From Endomicrobiales bacterium (GTDB taxonomy: Bacteria > Elusimicrobiota > Endomicrobiia > Endomicrobiales > CAWCFT01), in contig CAWCFT010000004.1 of assembly GCA_963794945.1 (NCBI GenBank), positions 370,691 through 434,690 of the forward strand: a stretch of DNA of 64,000 bases, given 5' to 3'. Positions 30,087-39,178 of this stretch are shown here, piece by piece. The notes under the pieces were generated by a model that was not told the origin of the DNA, made no database searches, and was given only the letters and a program-made list of their open reading frames with translations. Each line of letters starts with the position of its first letter. Position 1 is the first letter of the stretch. A program made the position numbers and the translations under genes.

Positions 30087-30969
30087 TTATTTTAAAAGTC
30101 CGTAATCCTTAAGCGCTTTCTCAAGCTTCTTCCTGTTAGGCTCTTCCATCTCGCAGAGAGGCAGCCTCAAGGTCCCTTCGCAAAGCCCCATTATGCCCAT
30201 CGCTGTTTTGACAGGTATTGGGTTTGTTTCGAGGAACATCGCCTTTACCAGCGGCATCAGCTTATTGTTGATCTCTTTTGCACTCTTTACGTCACCGCAA
30301 AGGTAAGCCTTGACCATGTCCGCGACGTCCTTAGGCACTATGTTCGCGACAACCGACACGACACCCGTGCCGCCGATCTCAAGCAGCGGCAAGGTAAGCG
30401 CATCGTCACCCGACAAAATGTCCATGTTCTGGTATGGCCTTGTGCACTGCAGCCATCTGTTCCAGCGATCCGGACGCCTCTTTTACAGCAACGACGTTCC
30501 CGCACTCTTTCGCTATCTTCGCAAGCGTCGGAGTTTCTATATTGACCGCCGTGCGGCTCGCTATGTTATATATCATGACAGGGATCTTGACGCAATTCGC
30601 CACTTCTTTAAAATGCAGAAAGAGCCCCTTCTGTGTGGGCTTGTTGTAATAGGGCGAAACAATAAGCACGCCGTCGCAGCCGGCCTTCTCGGCGAACCTG
30701 GTCATCTCGATTGCTTCGTCAGTGCAGTTCGAGCCCGTGCCCGCGAGAACCTTGACCCGCTTTTTCGCGGCCTTGACCGTGACCTCTATAACGTGCTGGT
30801 GCTCTTCATTCGAGAGCGTGGGCGACTCACCAGTGGTTCCGCAGGGTATTATGCCCGAGGTGCCGCCCTCTATCTGGAACTCAACGAGTTCTTTTATCTT
30901 GTTGTCGTCAACTTTGTTTTTTTTGTCGAATGGCGTAACAAGCGCCACATATGAACCTGAGAACCGCAT
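30087..30969 (-). CDS. dapA: 4-hydroxy-tetrahydrodipicolinate synthase (frameshift near 30428)
   Basis: GTTGESPTL, PYYNKPTQ, YNI..RT and KEASG in one frame; LSGDD and ETNPIPVK in the next. Confidence 0.92.
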
Positions 30970-30986
30970 AAAACCCTCCAAAGCCT

Positions 30987-31108
30987 AATTTAAAATATCA
31001 AAATCAAATATCAAATTTATGGTATCCGCCAAAGCGGATAGTCTTGATAAATCCCGCTTGCAATGTGAGATACATAAATTTTGATTTTTAATGCTTGATT
31101 ATTGATTT
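30987..31108. repeat. 7-nt-periodic inverted repeat (ATCAAA / TTTGAT type) with an internal CCGC hairpin
   Basis: AATATCAAAATCAAATATCAAA...TATCCGCCAAAGCGGATA...TTTTGATTTTTAATGCTTGATTATTGATTT. Confidence 0.7.
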
Positions 31109-31121
31109 CCCTATATTCCAG

Positions 31122-31949
31122 TTATATTTCCACTTCCCCGACAAAGCTTACTTCCGCCGGCCCTTCTAGGTATACGTTAGACACAGGCGACAGGAAATCA
31201 CCCGCGTCGTTGATCGTGTAAGCAACCGAGAGAGTGTCTCCGCCCTTCGTTACGCAGTTCACCGGAGGCTTTACTATCCCCTTGAGGCCCGCGATTATCG
31301 CGCTAGCCGTAACTCCCGTGCCGCAGGCCAGAGTTTCGTCCTCAACACCGCGCTCGTAAGTCCTGACTATTATCGTGCGGTCGTCCTTTTTCTGGACAAA
31401 GTTAACATTGGTACCGTCCGGAGCGAACTCCCTGTGGTACCTGATCATCCTTCCGAGGCTGACGACGTCGGCCTTGTCTATGCTGTTGAGAAATATGACC
31501 GTGTGCGGTACGCCCGTGTTGATGAATGAGGCGTCGAATTCCCTCTTCTCAACTTTTAGAGGAAAATCGAGCCTGACGTTCTTGGGCTCGTAAAGCGAAA
31601 GCCTGACGTTCTTACCGAGTATCTCGGCCTTTACAAGGCCCGCGTCCGTTTCGAACGCCATCTTCTTTGGTGCGGCTCCCAGCAGGTGCGCAAAACGCGC
31701 GATAGAACGTCCGCCGTTACCGCACATGGCTGCTACAGAACCGTCAGAATTGTAGTAGCGCATCCTGAAATCCGCCGGCTTTGAATCTTCCAGGAGGATC
31801 AGCCCATCCGCACCGACAGAGAACTTCCTGTTGCAGAGCTTACGGGCAAGTTCGGGTATGTGCCTGGCAAGCAGCTTCTTGCGATTGTCTATCATCACAA
31901 AATCGTTACCCGCCGCTGATATTTTATAGAAACAAACTTTCTTCTTCAC
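31122..31949 (-). CDS. dapF: Diaminopimelate epimerase
   Basis: GNDF, MCGNG, GVPH, ERGVEDETLACGTG. Confidence 0.95.
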   Translation of the reverse strand: MKKKVCFYKISAAGNDFVMIDNRKKLLARHIPELARKLCNRKFSVGADGLILLEDSKPADFRMRYYNSDGSVAAMCGNGGRSIARFAHLLGAAPKKMAFETDAGLVKAEILGKNVRLSLYEPKNVRLDFPLKVEKREFDASFINTGVPHTVIFLNSIDKADVVSLGRMIRYHREFAPDGTNVNFVQKKDDRTIIVRTYERGVEDETLACGTGVTASAIIAGLKGIVKPPVNCVTKGGDTLSVAYTINDAGDFLSPVSNVYLEGPAEVSFVGEVEI

Positions 31950-33184
31950 CTTTTAACCTCTTTTATAACCAGGTCGCCGTAGGTTTCCCTGCCGCGAATA
32001 AGAACGGCATTTCTGCTGTCCACCATAACCTCGGCCGCCCTTACTCTTGAGTTGTACTGGGAAGACATTGCGAAACCGTAGGCACCAGCACACTTTACCG
32101 CGAGGTATTCACCCTGCTCAAGCCTGGGCAGCATCCTGTCTTTACCAAGGAAATCACCCGACTCGCAGATAGGGCCAACAACATCCGCCTTGACCTTTGA
32201 CCTGCCGGGGTTCTTAACCGGCACTATATCGTGATACGCCTCGTAAAGCGTAGGGCGCACAAGGTCGTTCATGCCGCCATCTATCACCAGGAAGTTCTTT
32301 CCGCCGGCACTCTTGCGGTAAATGACCTTCACAACAAGCACACCGGTATTGCCAACGATGTACCTGCCCGGTTCAAATATGAAAGTGCCCTTGAAATCTT
32401 TGAAGACGGGAAGCACCGCTCCCGCAAGGTCGGCCGGTGTTGGAACGTCTTCCTTGTTATAGCGTATGCCCAGCCCTCCGCCAAGATCAACATAACGAAG
32501 AACTATGCCGGATCTATTGAGGCGCCTGACAATGCCCGCAACACGTTCCGCTGCGGCCTTGAAAGGCCCGACTTCCGTTATCTGTGAACCTATATGCGAA
32601 TGGATCCCGGCAACATCAATCCCCTTAAGTTTTGAAGCGTAAACATAAGACTCGATTACCTCAGAATAAGGTATGCCGAACTTCGCCCTCTTCTGGCCGG
32701 TGGAAATATAATGATGCGTATGCGGGTCTATATTAGGGTTTATCCTGAACGCTACTGTCGCCTTCTTTTTCAGCCTCAAAGCAGTTTTGTTGATGCTGTT
32801 CAACTCTTCCATTGACTCGACATTGAACATCAGTATATTGTTCTTCAGGGCATACTCTATCTCATCTTCTGTCTTGCCGATGCCGGCGTATACCATCTTC
32901 CTTGGCTTAAAACCGGATTTTAAAGAGCGGTAAAGCTCGCCGCCGGATGTAATGTCCACACCCGCGCCTTCACGCGAGAGTATCTTCAATATATTATAGT
33001 TCGAGTTTGCCTTAAGCGCGTAGCAGATAATATGCGTTACTTTATTAAACGCATTGTTAAATGAATTATAATTTGAAATCAGCTGATCTTTTGAGTAAAC
33101 GAACAACGGCGTGCCGAACTTCCCGGCCAGGCCCTCAACGCTGGAATTCTCAATAAACAACCTATTGTTCCTATAAGTGAGCAT
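31946..33184 (-). CDS. lysA: Diaminopimelate decarboxylase
   Basis: YALKAN, HIGSQ, DLGGG, EPGR, GPICESGD, GAYG. Confidence 0.95.
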   Translation of the reverse strand: MLTYRNNRLFIENSSVEGLAGKFGTPLFVYSKDQLISNYNSFNNAFNKVTHIICYALKANSNYNILKILSREGAGVDITSGGELYRSLKSGFKPRKMVYAGIGKTEDEIEYALKNNILMFNVESMEELNSINKTALRLKKKATVAFRINPNIDPHTHHYISTGQKRAKFGIPYSEVIESYVYASKLKGIDVAGIHSHIGSQITEVGPFKAAAERVAGIVRRLNRSGIVLRYVDLGGGLGIRYNKEDVPTPADLAGAVLPVFKDFKGTFIFEPGRYIVGNTGVLVVKVIYRKSAGGKNFLVIDGGMNDLVRPTLYEAYHDIVPVKNPGRSKVKADVVGPICESGDFLGKDRMLPRLEQGEYLAVKCAGAYGFAMSSQYNSRVRAAEVMVDSRNAVLIRGRETYGDLVIKEVKR

Positions 33185-33347
33185 AATAGTCCTTTTTATC
33201 ATGTTTATAAGAGGGATATCATAACAATTTAGGTCAATTTTGTCAATTCCGAAAATCTTTTGCACTTCGGCCAATCGTAATCAATTTTCTATTTAAAATC
33301 ACTATATTTTTAATATGTGCGCGTTTCTAGTAATTCTCTGATCTGAG

Positions 33348-36300
33348 CTATCTAATAACAGCATATTTTGGCAAGTTGCGTAGAAATGATCTCAAATAAT
33401 TTACATTGTTTTCTTTAAACGTGCTCTTCTTAAGTTTGATACCGGGTCGTTCGCCCCGCACGAACTCGATAGTACCTTCATAATCTTTGGCAAGCTTTAG
33501 GACCGATTCGGCTACAAACTCCATCTTTTCCGATACGTATACTGTAATGTATTCATCATCTTCTATTATGCTTTTTACCTTAAGTTTCTCGGCAAGCAGC
33601 CTCAATCCGCAAATATCCAGCAGGTTGCCGCAGGCAACCGGCATTGGCCCGAACCTGTCCTGTAGTTCGAGCCTCACAGCTGTTATCTCTTCTTCGGATA
33701 CAGCCGAGGCAAGCCGGCGGTAGAAAATTATCCTAAGGTCGTCAGCCGTAACGTAATCTTCGGGTATATGGGCCGGAAGAATGAACTCTATCTGCGTTTT
33801 CCAAGCTTCTTCCTTCTCGAATTTCTCGCCTTTTACCTTTTTGCTCATCTCATCAATTAAACGGGAATAAAGCTCAAAACCTATATCGCGCACGAAACCG
33901 TGTTGTTCTGCGGATAATATATTGCCCGCTCCCCTTATTTCCAAGTCGCGAAGCGCAAGCCTGAACCCCGAGCCTAGCTCGCCGAACTCCTGCAGTGCTC
34001 TAAGCCTCTTTGCGGAATCTTCCGTTATCTGCTCGGGCGTGTAGAAAAGGTAGCAGTAGGCTTTCTGTTTTTCCCTGCCTATCCTGCCCCTGAGCTGGTA
34101 AAGCTGGGCAAGGCCGAAGTTCTCGGCTTCTTCTATTATCATCGTGTTCGCGCTTGGTATATCCAGGCCGGACTCTATTATAGTCGTCGCCACAAGCATC
34201 TCGAGCTCCCTGTGCATGAACTGCCACATGGTCTTTTCTATTTCGTGAGCGGAAAGCTGGCCATGGACTATGCCTATTTTTGTACCGGGAACGAGTTTTG
34301 AAAGGTAATCGGCTCTTGAAAAAATAGTTTCAACCCTGTTATGTACATAAAATACCTGTCCCCCACGCGATAGCTCGGCCTCTATCACCCGTTTGACGGT
34401 TTTTTCATCGTACGGGCCCAAGTGAGTTTCTATGGGCAGCCTTCCGTAAGGCGGAGTCTCTATTACAGACAGGTCCCGAAGGTTCGAAAGCGCCAGCGAC
34501 AGCGTCCGAGGTATGGGCGTTGCGGACAGAAGGAGAACGTCGACGCTTTTTTTCAAGGATTTGATCTTCTCTTTCTGTTTGACGCCGAACCTGTGCTCTT
34601 CGTCTATTATCAAAAGGCCCAGGTCTTTAAAAGCGATATCTTTCTGCAGGAGCCTGTGTGTGCCTATTACAATATCCACCAGGCCCCTTTTTGTGTCTTC
34701 GATCACTTTTTTCTGCTCGGCTTTAGACTGGAACCGCGACAGCATAGCGACTTTTACAGGGAAAGGCGATAGCCTTCCCGAGAAAGTCTGGAAGTGCTGC
34801 TCGGCAAGGACGGTTGTAGGGACCAGCACCGCTACCTGCGATGCGCCCTGCACCGCCTTGAACGCGGCGCGAACGGCAACCTCGGTTTTTCCAAAACCCA
34901 CATCGCCGCAAACTACACGCTCCATTGGACGGGCTGCTTTAAGGTCTTCATTAACGTCTTCTATGGCGCGTTCCTGGTCTTCGGTTTCCTGGTATGGGAA
35001 CGATTCAGCCAGTTCCTTTTCCCATGTAGTGTCTTCAGGGAACGCCCGGCCCGGAGCATTCTTGCGCTCGGCGTAGAGTTTTAGGAGCTCTTCGGCCAGG
35101 TCCTCTGCGCCCTTTTTCGCCCTCTGTTTCGCCCTCTCCCAGGCGCCGGTGTCGAGGCTGTAAAGTTTCGGCCTGTGGCCTTCGATCCCCACGTACTTAG
35201 TTACTACCTTGAAATCGTCGACCGGCACGTAGAGCTTGTCGCCGCCCTTGTATTCAAGGCAGAGATATTCGTTCTCAGCTCCGCCGCGGACTATTTTCTT
35301 CAGCCCCAAATATTTGCCTATTCCGTATTTTTCATGTACCACGAAATCGCCCGAGTTTATCTCCCATAACCCCTCGAGGCGCCTGCCGGTCTTAAATTTC
35401 GGAAAGCTGACCGGCCGCTTTTTATAAAGTATCTGGAGGCTCGTAAATACTGCGAGCTTCCTTTTTGGAGAGCTGAAACCCTCAGCGAGCGTGCCGGTAA
35501 ATATCTCGGGCCCGCTTCCGTAAAACCCGCTCTCCCGCAGAATGTCCTCAACCCGCTCCTTTTCTCCCTCGTTGGCGGCGAATATCACGGTTCTGTAGCC
35601 GTCTTTCCTGTACTTCGCAAGCTCAGCCGAGAACAGTTTGAAATTTCCACCGAGCAGGCCGAAACCAGCGAGGTCGAATTCCGGAGAAAGGATATCGTAC
35701 TTAATATTTTTAAAACTCCGCGCTACATCCGCCATCTCTTCATCGGGCCCCAGGTCATCAAAGACCACAGTGTCCTTCGGGAGATGGTCCCGGAGCGTGG
35801 AGTTGCCGCTTTCACCTGCGGGTGCGAGCACAAAACTGCTTATGAACTTTTCCGACCGCTGGCTTGACACCTCGAACTCTTTGATCGACTCGATATTGTC
35901 GCGGGCAAAAACAACCCTTATGGGCTGGGCCCTGTCGGAAGGCCAGATATCGAGCACTTCGCCGCGCCTTGAGAACTGCCCCTTGTCTTCAACAAAATCT
36001 ATGCGGGAGTATCCGAACTTGACCAGTGATTCGATGAGGATGTCGAACTGCATTACTTTCGCGTTCTCGAAAACAAGCCGCGCGCCCCTGAGGGTATCTG
36101 GCTCGAACGTTTTTTTGGAGATGGCTGAATTGCTTGTGATTATTATACCGGAAGGCGATGCTGCTATCTTATTTAGAGTTGTGATCCTTTCAAACTGGTC
36201 TGAGGAGGGAAACAGCAATATCTGCGGGCTGGCCGAGATCTGGCCCAGGGCCTGCAGGCTTTCATGCCAGGTAGACATGTAGTCTTCAGGCGTAACAACA

Positions 36301-36389
36301 ACAAGCACACCGTTTTTGGGCAGATTTTCCAGCGCGAAATAGGCTTTTGCCCCTATCCCCATGGTAGATTGAGCCTTCCCGCTTGTCAT
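33348..36389 (-). CDS. mfd: Transcription-repair coupling factor
   Basis: CarD/TRCF domain (VVHEKYGIGKY), CGDVGFGKT, DEEH, SATPIPRT, QLRGRIGR, TRCF C-terminus. Confidence 0.95.
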   Translation of the reverse strand: MTSGKAQSTMGIGAKAYFALENLPKNGVLVVVTPEDYMSTWHESLQALGQISASPQILLFPSSDQFERITTLNKIAASPSGIIITSNSAISKKTFEPDTLRGARLVFENAKVMQFDILIESLVKFGYSRIDFVEDKGQFSRRGEVLDIWPSDRAQPIRVVFARDNIESIKEFEVSSQRSEKFISSFVLAPAGESGNSTLRDHLPKDTVVFDDLGPDEEMADVARSFKNIKYDILSPEFDLAGFGLLGGNFKLFSAELAKYRKDGYRTVIFAANEGEKERVEDILRESGFYGSGPEIFTGTLAEGFSSPKRKLAVFTSLQILYKKRPVSFPKFKTGRRLEGLWEINSGDFVVHEKYGIGKYLGLKKIVRGGAENEYLCLEYKGGDKLYVPVDDFKVVTKYVGIEGHRPKLYSLDTGAWERAKQRAKKGAEDLAEELLKLYAERKNAPGRAFPEDTTWEKELAESFPYQETEDQERAIEDVNEDLKAARPMERVVCGDVGFGKTEVAVRAAFKAVQGASQVAVLVPTTVLAEQHFQTFSGRLSPFPVKVAMLSRFQSKAEQKKVIEDTKRGLVDIVIGTHRLLQKDIAFKDLGLLIIDEEHRFGVKQKEKIKSLKKSVDVLLLSATPIPRTLSLALSNLRDLSVIETPPYGRLPIETHLGPYDEKTVKRVIEAELSRGGQVFYVHNRVETIFSRADYLSKLVPGTKIGIVHGQLSAHEIEKTMWQFMHRELEMLVATTIIESGLDIPSANTMIIEEAENFGLAQLYQLRGRIGREKQKAYCYLFYTPEQITEDSAKRLRALQEFGELGSGFRLALRDLEIRGAGNILSAEQHGFVRDIGFELYSRLIDEMSKKVKGEKFEKEEAWKTQIEFILPAHIPEDYVTADDLRIIFYRRLASAVSEEEITAVRLELQDRFGPMPVACGNLLDICGLRLLAEKLKVKSIIEDDEYITVYVSEKMEFVAESVLKLAKDYEGTIEFVRGERPGIKLKKSTFKENNVNYLRSFLRNLPKYAVIR

Positions 36390-36421
36390 GTCACCGACAA
36401 TGATACAAAATCCTTATGGAT

Positions 36422-36449
36422 AAAAAAAGGCTGCCTGGTTTACCAGCCT
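36422..36449 (-). terminator. Intrinsic terminator-like hairpin upstream of mfd
   Basis: Minus strand AGGCTGGTAAACCAGGCAGCCTTTTTTT. Confidence 0.55.
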
Positions 36450-36535
36450 CCTCCGCCGCCATGAATATTCCGCCTTTTATAAGCCATCTCACTATCTTTA
36501 AGACTGAACACTATGGTTTATAAATTGTTTGAGGC

Positions 36536-37081
36536 CTATGCCTGCTGCTTCTTAAGCGCCGCAAAGCATTCATGGATACATTCTTTTATAGTCTCCAGAA
36601 ACATTTTGTCCATGTATTCATCGGTTGCTTTTAACGATTTTATTTCCAGCGAAGCGTCCGCAGAAGCCGTTTTAGTGCCGCCGCCGATTGTAAACTGTAT
36701 CTTAAGTGAAAGGTTCACGCCTTCGAATTTTGTAGGCCACTCTGACCTCAATACTTTTTCACCTTTTTCAACAAAGACTGTTATATCGTATCCCTGCCCG
36801 TTCTTTCCCGTATATTTGAGCACCTCATTCTTTATGAATGACTTTTGTTCTTCCGTAAGGGCCGGGCTTACCCGGTCGCTTGTCCCCGCCTTCATAAAAA
36901 ATTTTGGGTCAAGAAGACGGTCAGAAACACCGGTTCTTTCATCCACAATCGAAAACGAGCGCATTGTAATCCAGCTAATATACGCGTCTTCAGGCTTAAG
37001 GTTGTCGGCAAGGTATTGGGATTTTACCGCGCAGCCGCAAAAAATGACAAACCCGATTAAAAACACTGAATATCTTCTCAT
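36536..37081 (-). CDS. Putative lipoprotein
   Basis: Signal peptide with lipobox-like FCGC. Confidence 0.65.
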   Translation of the reverse strand: MRRYSVFLIGFVIFCGCAVKSQYLADNLKPEDAYISWITMRSFSIVDERTGVSDRLLDPKFFMKAGTSDRVSPALTEEQKSFIKNEVLKYTGKNGQGYDITVFVEKGEKVLRSEWPTKFEGVNLSLKIQFTIGGGTKTASADASLEIKSLKATDEYMDKMFLETIKECIHECFAALKKQQA

Positions 37082-37230
37082 TATTTACACCATCCACGCT
37101 TATTTTTACCGCACAACCAATGATACAAAATACGCAGGCGTGAAGCAATAATCGGCTGCCCCAACCCAGTTAAAACAAAAAGCTCCCGTTGCCGGGAGCC
37201 GTGTTTTATCTCAAACCATACTTGAGGATA

Positions 37231-37557
37231 TTATACTATCGATATCTGCTGCAAAAATCTATCGAGCGCCAGCGTTTGGCCCGGCAGAAGCTTAATGCCG
37301 TACGCGCTGGAGTCAACCCTTTCCTGCGAGTACACGACCTCCCCTAAAAAATCGAACTCCTGGCCGTTTGGGAGGTCGCAGAAAAGCACCAGTTTTACCC
37401 CCTTAGGCAACTGGTGGGTGCTGATAATGCCGAACCCGTCGTTGCACCAGTTCATTATAAAACCTTTTCCCATCGCTTTTTTGTTTTCGTGCGAGTAGAT
37501 ATCGATAGAGTTTATGTACGGCTTGCGTTCTTTTCTTCGACGTTCCTGAAAAGACAT
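37231..37557 (-). CDS. Single-domain PilZ protein
   Basis: ERRRKER (RxxxR), NWCNDG (D/NxSxxG variant), GEVVY, YGIK; GGAGG RBS. Confidence 0.75.
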   Translation of the reverse strand: MSFQERRRKERKPYINSIDIYSHENKKAMGKGFIMNWCNDGFGIISTHQLPKGVKLVLFCDLPNGQEFDFLGEVVYSQERVDSSAYGIKLLPGQTLALDRFLQQISIV

Positions 37558-37777
37558 GGTGACCTCCCCTCCTGCAAAGAACAGGCCTTCCTGAGCCAAA
37601 TACAGCCCCATAATATATCTTTGAAAAAATGTTGTCAAGCCGTTTTAACACATGTATCTTCAGCAGTCTTGCCTAGTGAAAATATGTCAGAAAATAGTGG
37701 AACGGAGCAATTGCTTGCCTCCGGCTGATTTCGTACGATGATACCAGATGGTTACGAACCGGAAAAGGAGCGCAAAA

Positions 37778-38327
37778 ATGAATAGAACACTTTTAGCTTC
37801 GCTTTTTATCGTCACTGTGGCATGTTTTAGCGTATTTGCCAGCGGCCAGGGACGACGAAATGTCCATGCAAAAGCAATTGTCAGCGATAATGCAGGAACA
37901 GCATGTTAAAAGCAGCGCTGAAATTGACCCTGACAGAGCAAGCAACGAACAGCTGGAAGCTTTGGGCGGCGTGATAATGAACATGATGAACCCCACGCAG
38001 AAAATGCGCGAAATGATGGATTTTACGATGGGCGGCTCGGATTCGCCGCTGATGAAGGGCGCCAAAAGAATGCTGGGCTACAGGTATCTAAATTGTGGCC
38101 CCGGATCCATGATGGGGCTCGGCATGATGGGCTACGGGCCCATGTGCCCGGCTATGATAACCAGCGGAACCATGATGGGCCAGAATATGTCAACTGCCCA
38201 CCCCATGATGCACAGCCGGCACTTCTGGGTAGCTTCATTTTTTGTGATCTGGCTTGTAATAATAATTTTGGTTCTGCTTGTAATTATACTTGCGAAAAAG
38301 GCGTTCTGCAAAATGCCTCAGAATTGA
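37778..38327 (+). CDS. Exported Met/Gly-rich protein with C-terminal TM helix (frameshift near 37850)
   Basis: AAGGAG RBS plus signal peptide MNRTLLASLF from 37778 joins ORF 37836-38327; QLEALG..IM, MMGLGMMG. Confidence 0.65.
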
Positions 38328-38339
38328 TCTTATATAACA

Positions 38340-38491
38340 GAGGAAGTAGCGCGGCAGCGTTATTTCCTCACGGGTATGGAAAGCCCCATTAGAGAGTCAT
38401 CATTTAGCTGATTTTAGCCTTGGTCGGCCCGGAGAACCGCGTTCTTCGGAACAGATCGAGAATGGTGGAATACTTTAATGGGGCGTTTTTT
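38340..38491 (+). ncRNA. Candidate structured RNA (unassigned)
   Basis: 13-bp hairpin plus a rod of about 100 nt with several G-U pairs, ending in a U-run. Confidence 0.4.
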
Positions 38492-39103
38492 TGGTAAAGG
38501 AGTGGAAAAATATCACCGTTTTGTGTAACCGCACAATTGTCAGGGCGCGGCGTGTTTAATAGAATGACATTGAGGCTCCGGCTAAGCCGATCAAAAAATG
38601 AAAACGTATTTTAAAATCTCAGCAGTTATAATATTTACAATATTTACGGAGACAAATCGCTTGTTTTGCGCCTCCCTTATAGCGAACTTGGCTCAAACAG
38701 CCTTAGCCGAGGAAATGGGGCAAAATAGAATTGTTCAGCTGATTTGCAAATCAGAAATTAAGTCCATATCCTTGCTTCTTTCCGGTTTTAAGCGCAGGCC
38801 TATTATTGAAAGTTATTTGACCGGGTTTTTCGGTTTTTTCAGTATCAAAACTGGCCGCAGTCAAGCGCCAAATAACATTTTCATTCTACACGCTGAGCCT
38901 ATCAGCTCTCCGGCCAGGTATGTGCGTCACATACTAAGTGCGGGATGAAAGGCGTGCGGCAAATAGAGCCGCTAAGGTGTTTATATATATCGGGTCAGTG
39001 AAAAAGAAGCTCTCGGTGCCAGGCATCGAGGGCTTCTTGATTTAAACCCGGAATTTCCAAGAATAAGGGTAAATAACGCTATATTTTCGCTGTTTGGTCA
39101 AAT

Positions 39104-39146
39104 AAAAAGAAGCTCTTGAGCACGCGCCCAAGAGCTTCTTTCTTTT
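39104..39146 (-). terminator. Bidirectional terminator after ppdK
   Basis: AAAAAGAAGCTCTTG...CAAGAGCTTCTTTCTTTT. Confidence 0.75.
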
Positions 39147-39178
39147 ATATTTTTGACTCTAAACCGCCAGAGTGCAAA

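Noticed and set aside
30406..30430. Programmed frameshift in dapA (or bioD)
   Set aside because: No slippery heptamer or stimulatory structure; many similar indels across the window point to sequence error
30310..30954. Long antisense ORFs such as 30310-30954, 35638-36282 and 36513-37151
   Set aside because: They are shadows of well-supported minus-strand genes
38598..38948. 116-aa plus-strand ORF
   Set aside because: No recognisable motif or clear RBS, and it lies in a hairpin-rich gap; cannot be supported, though not excluded
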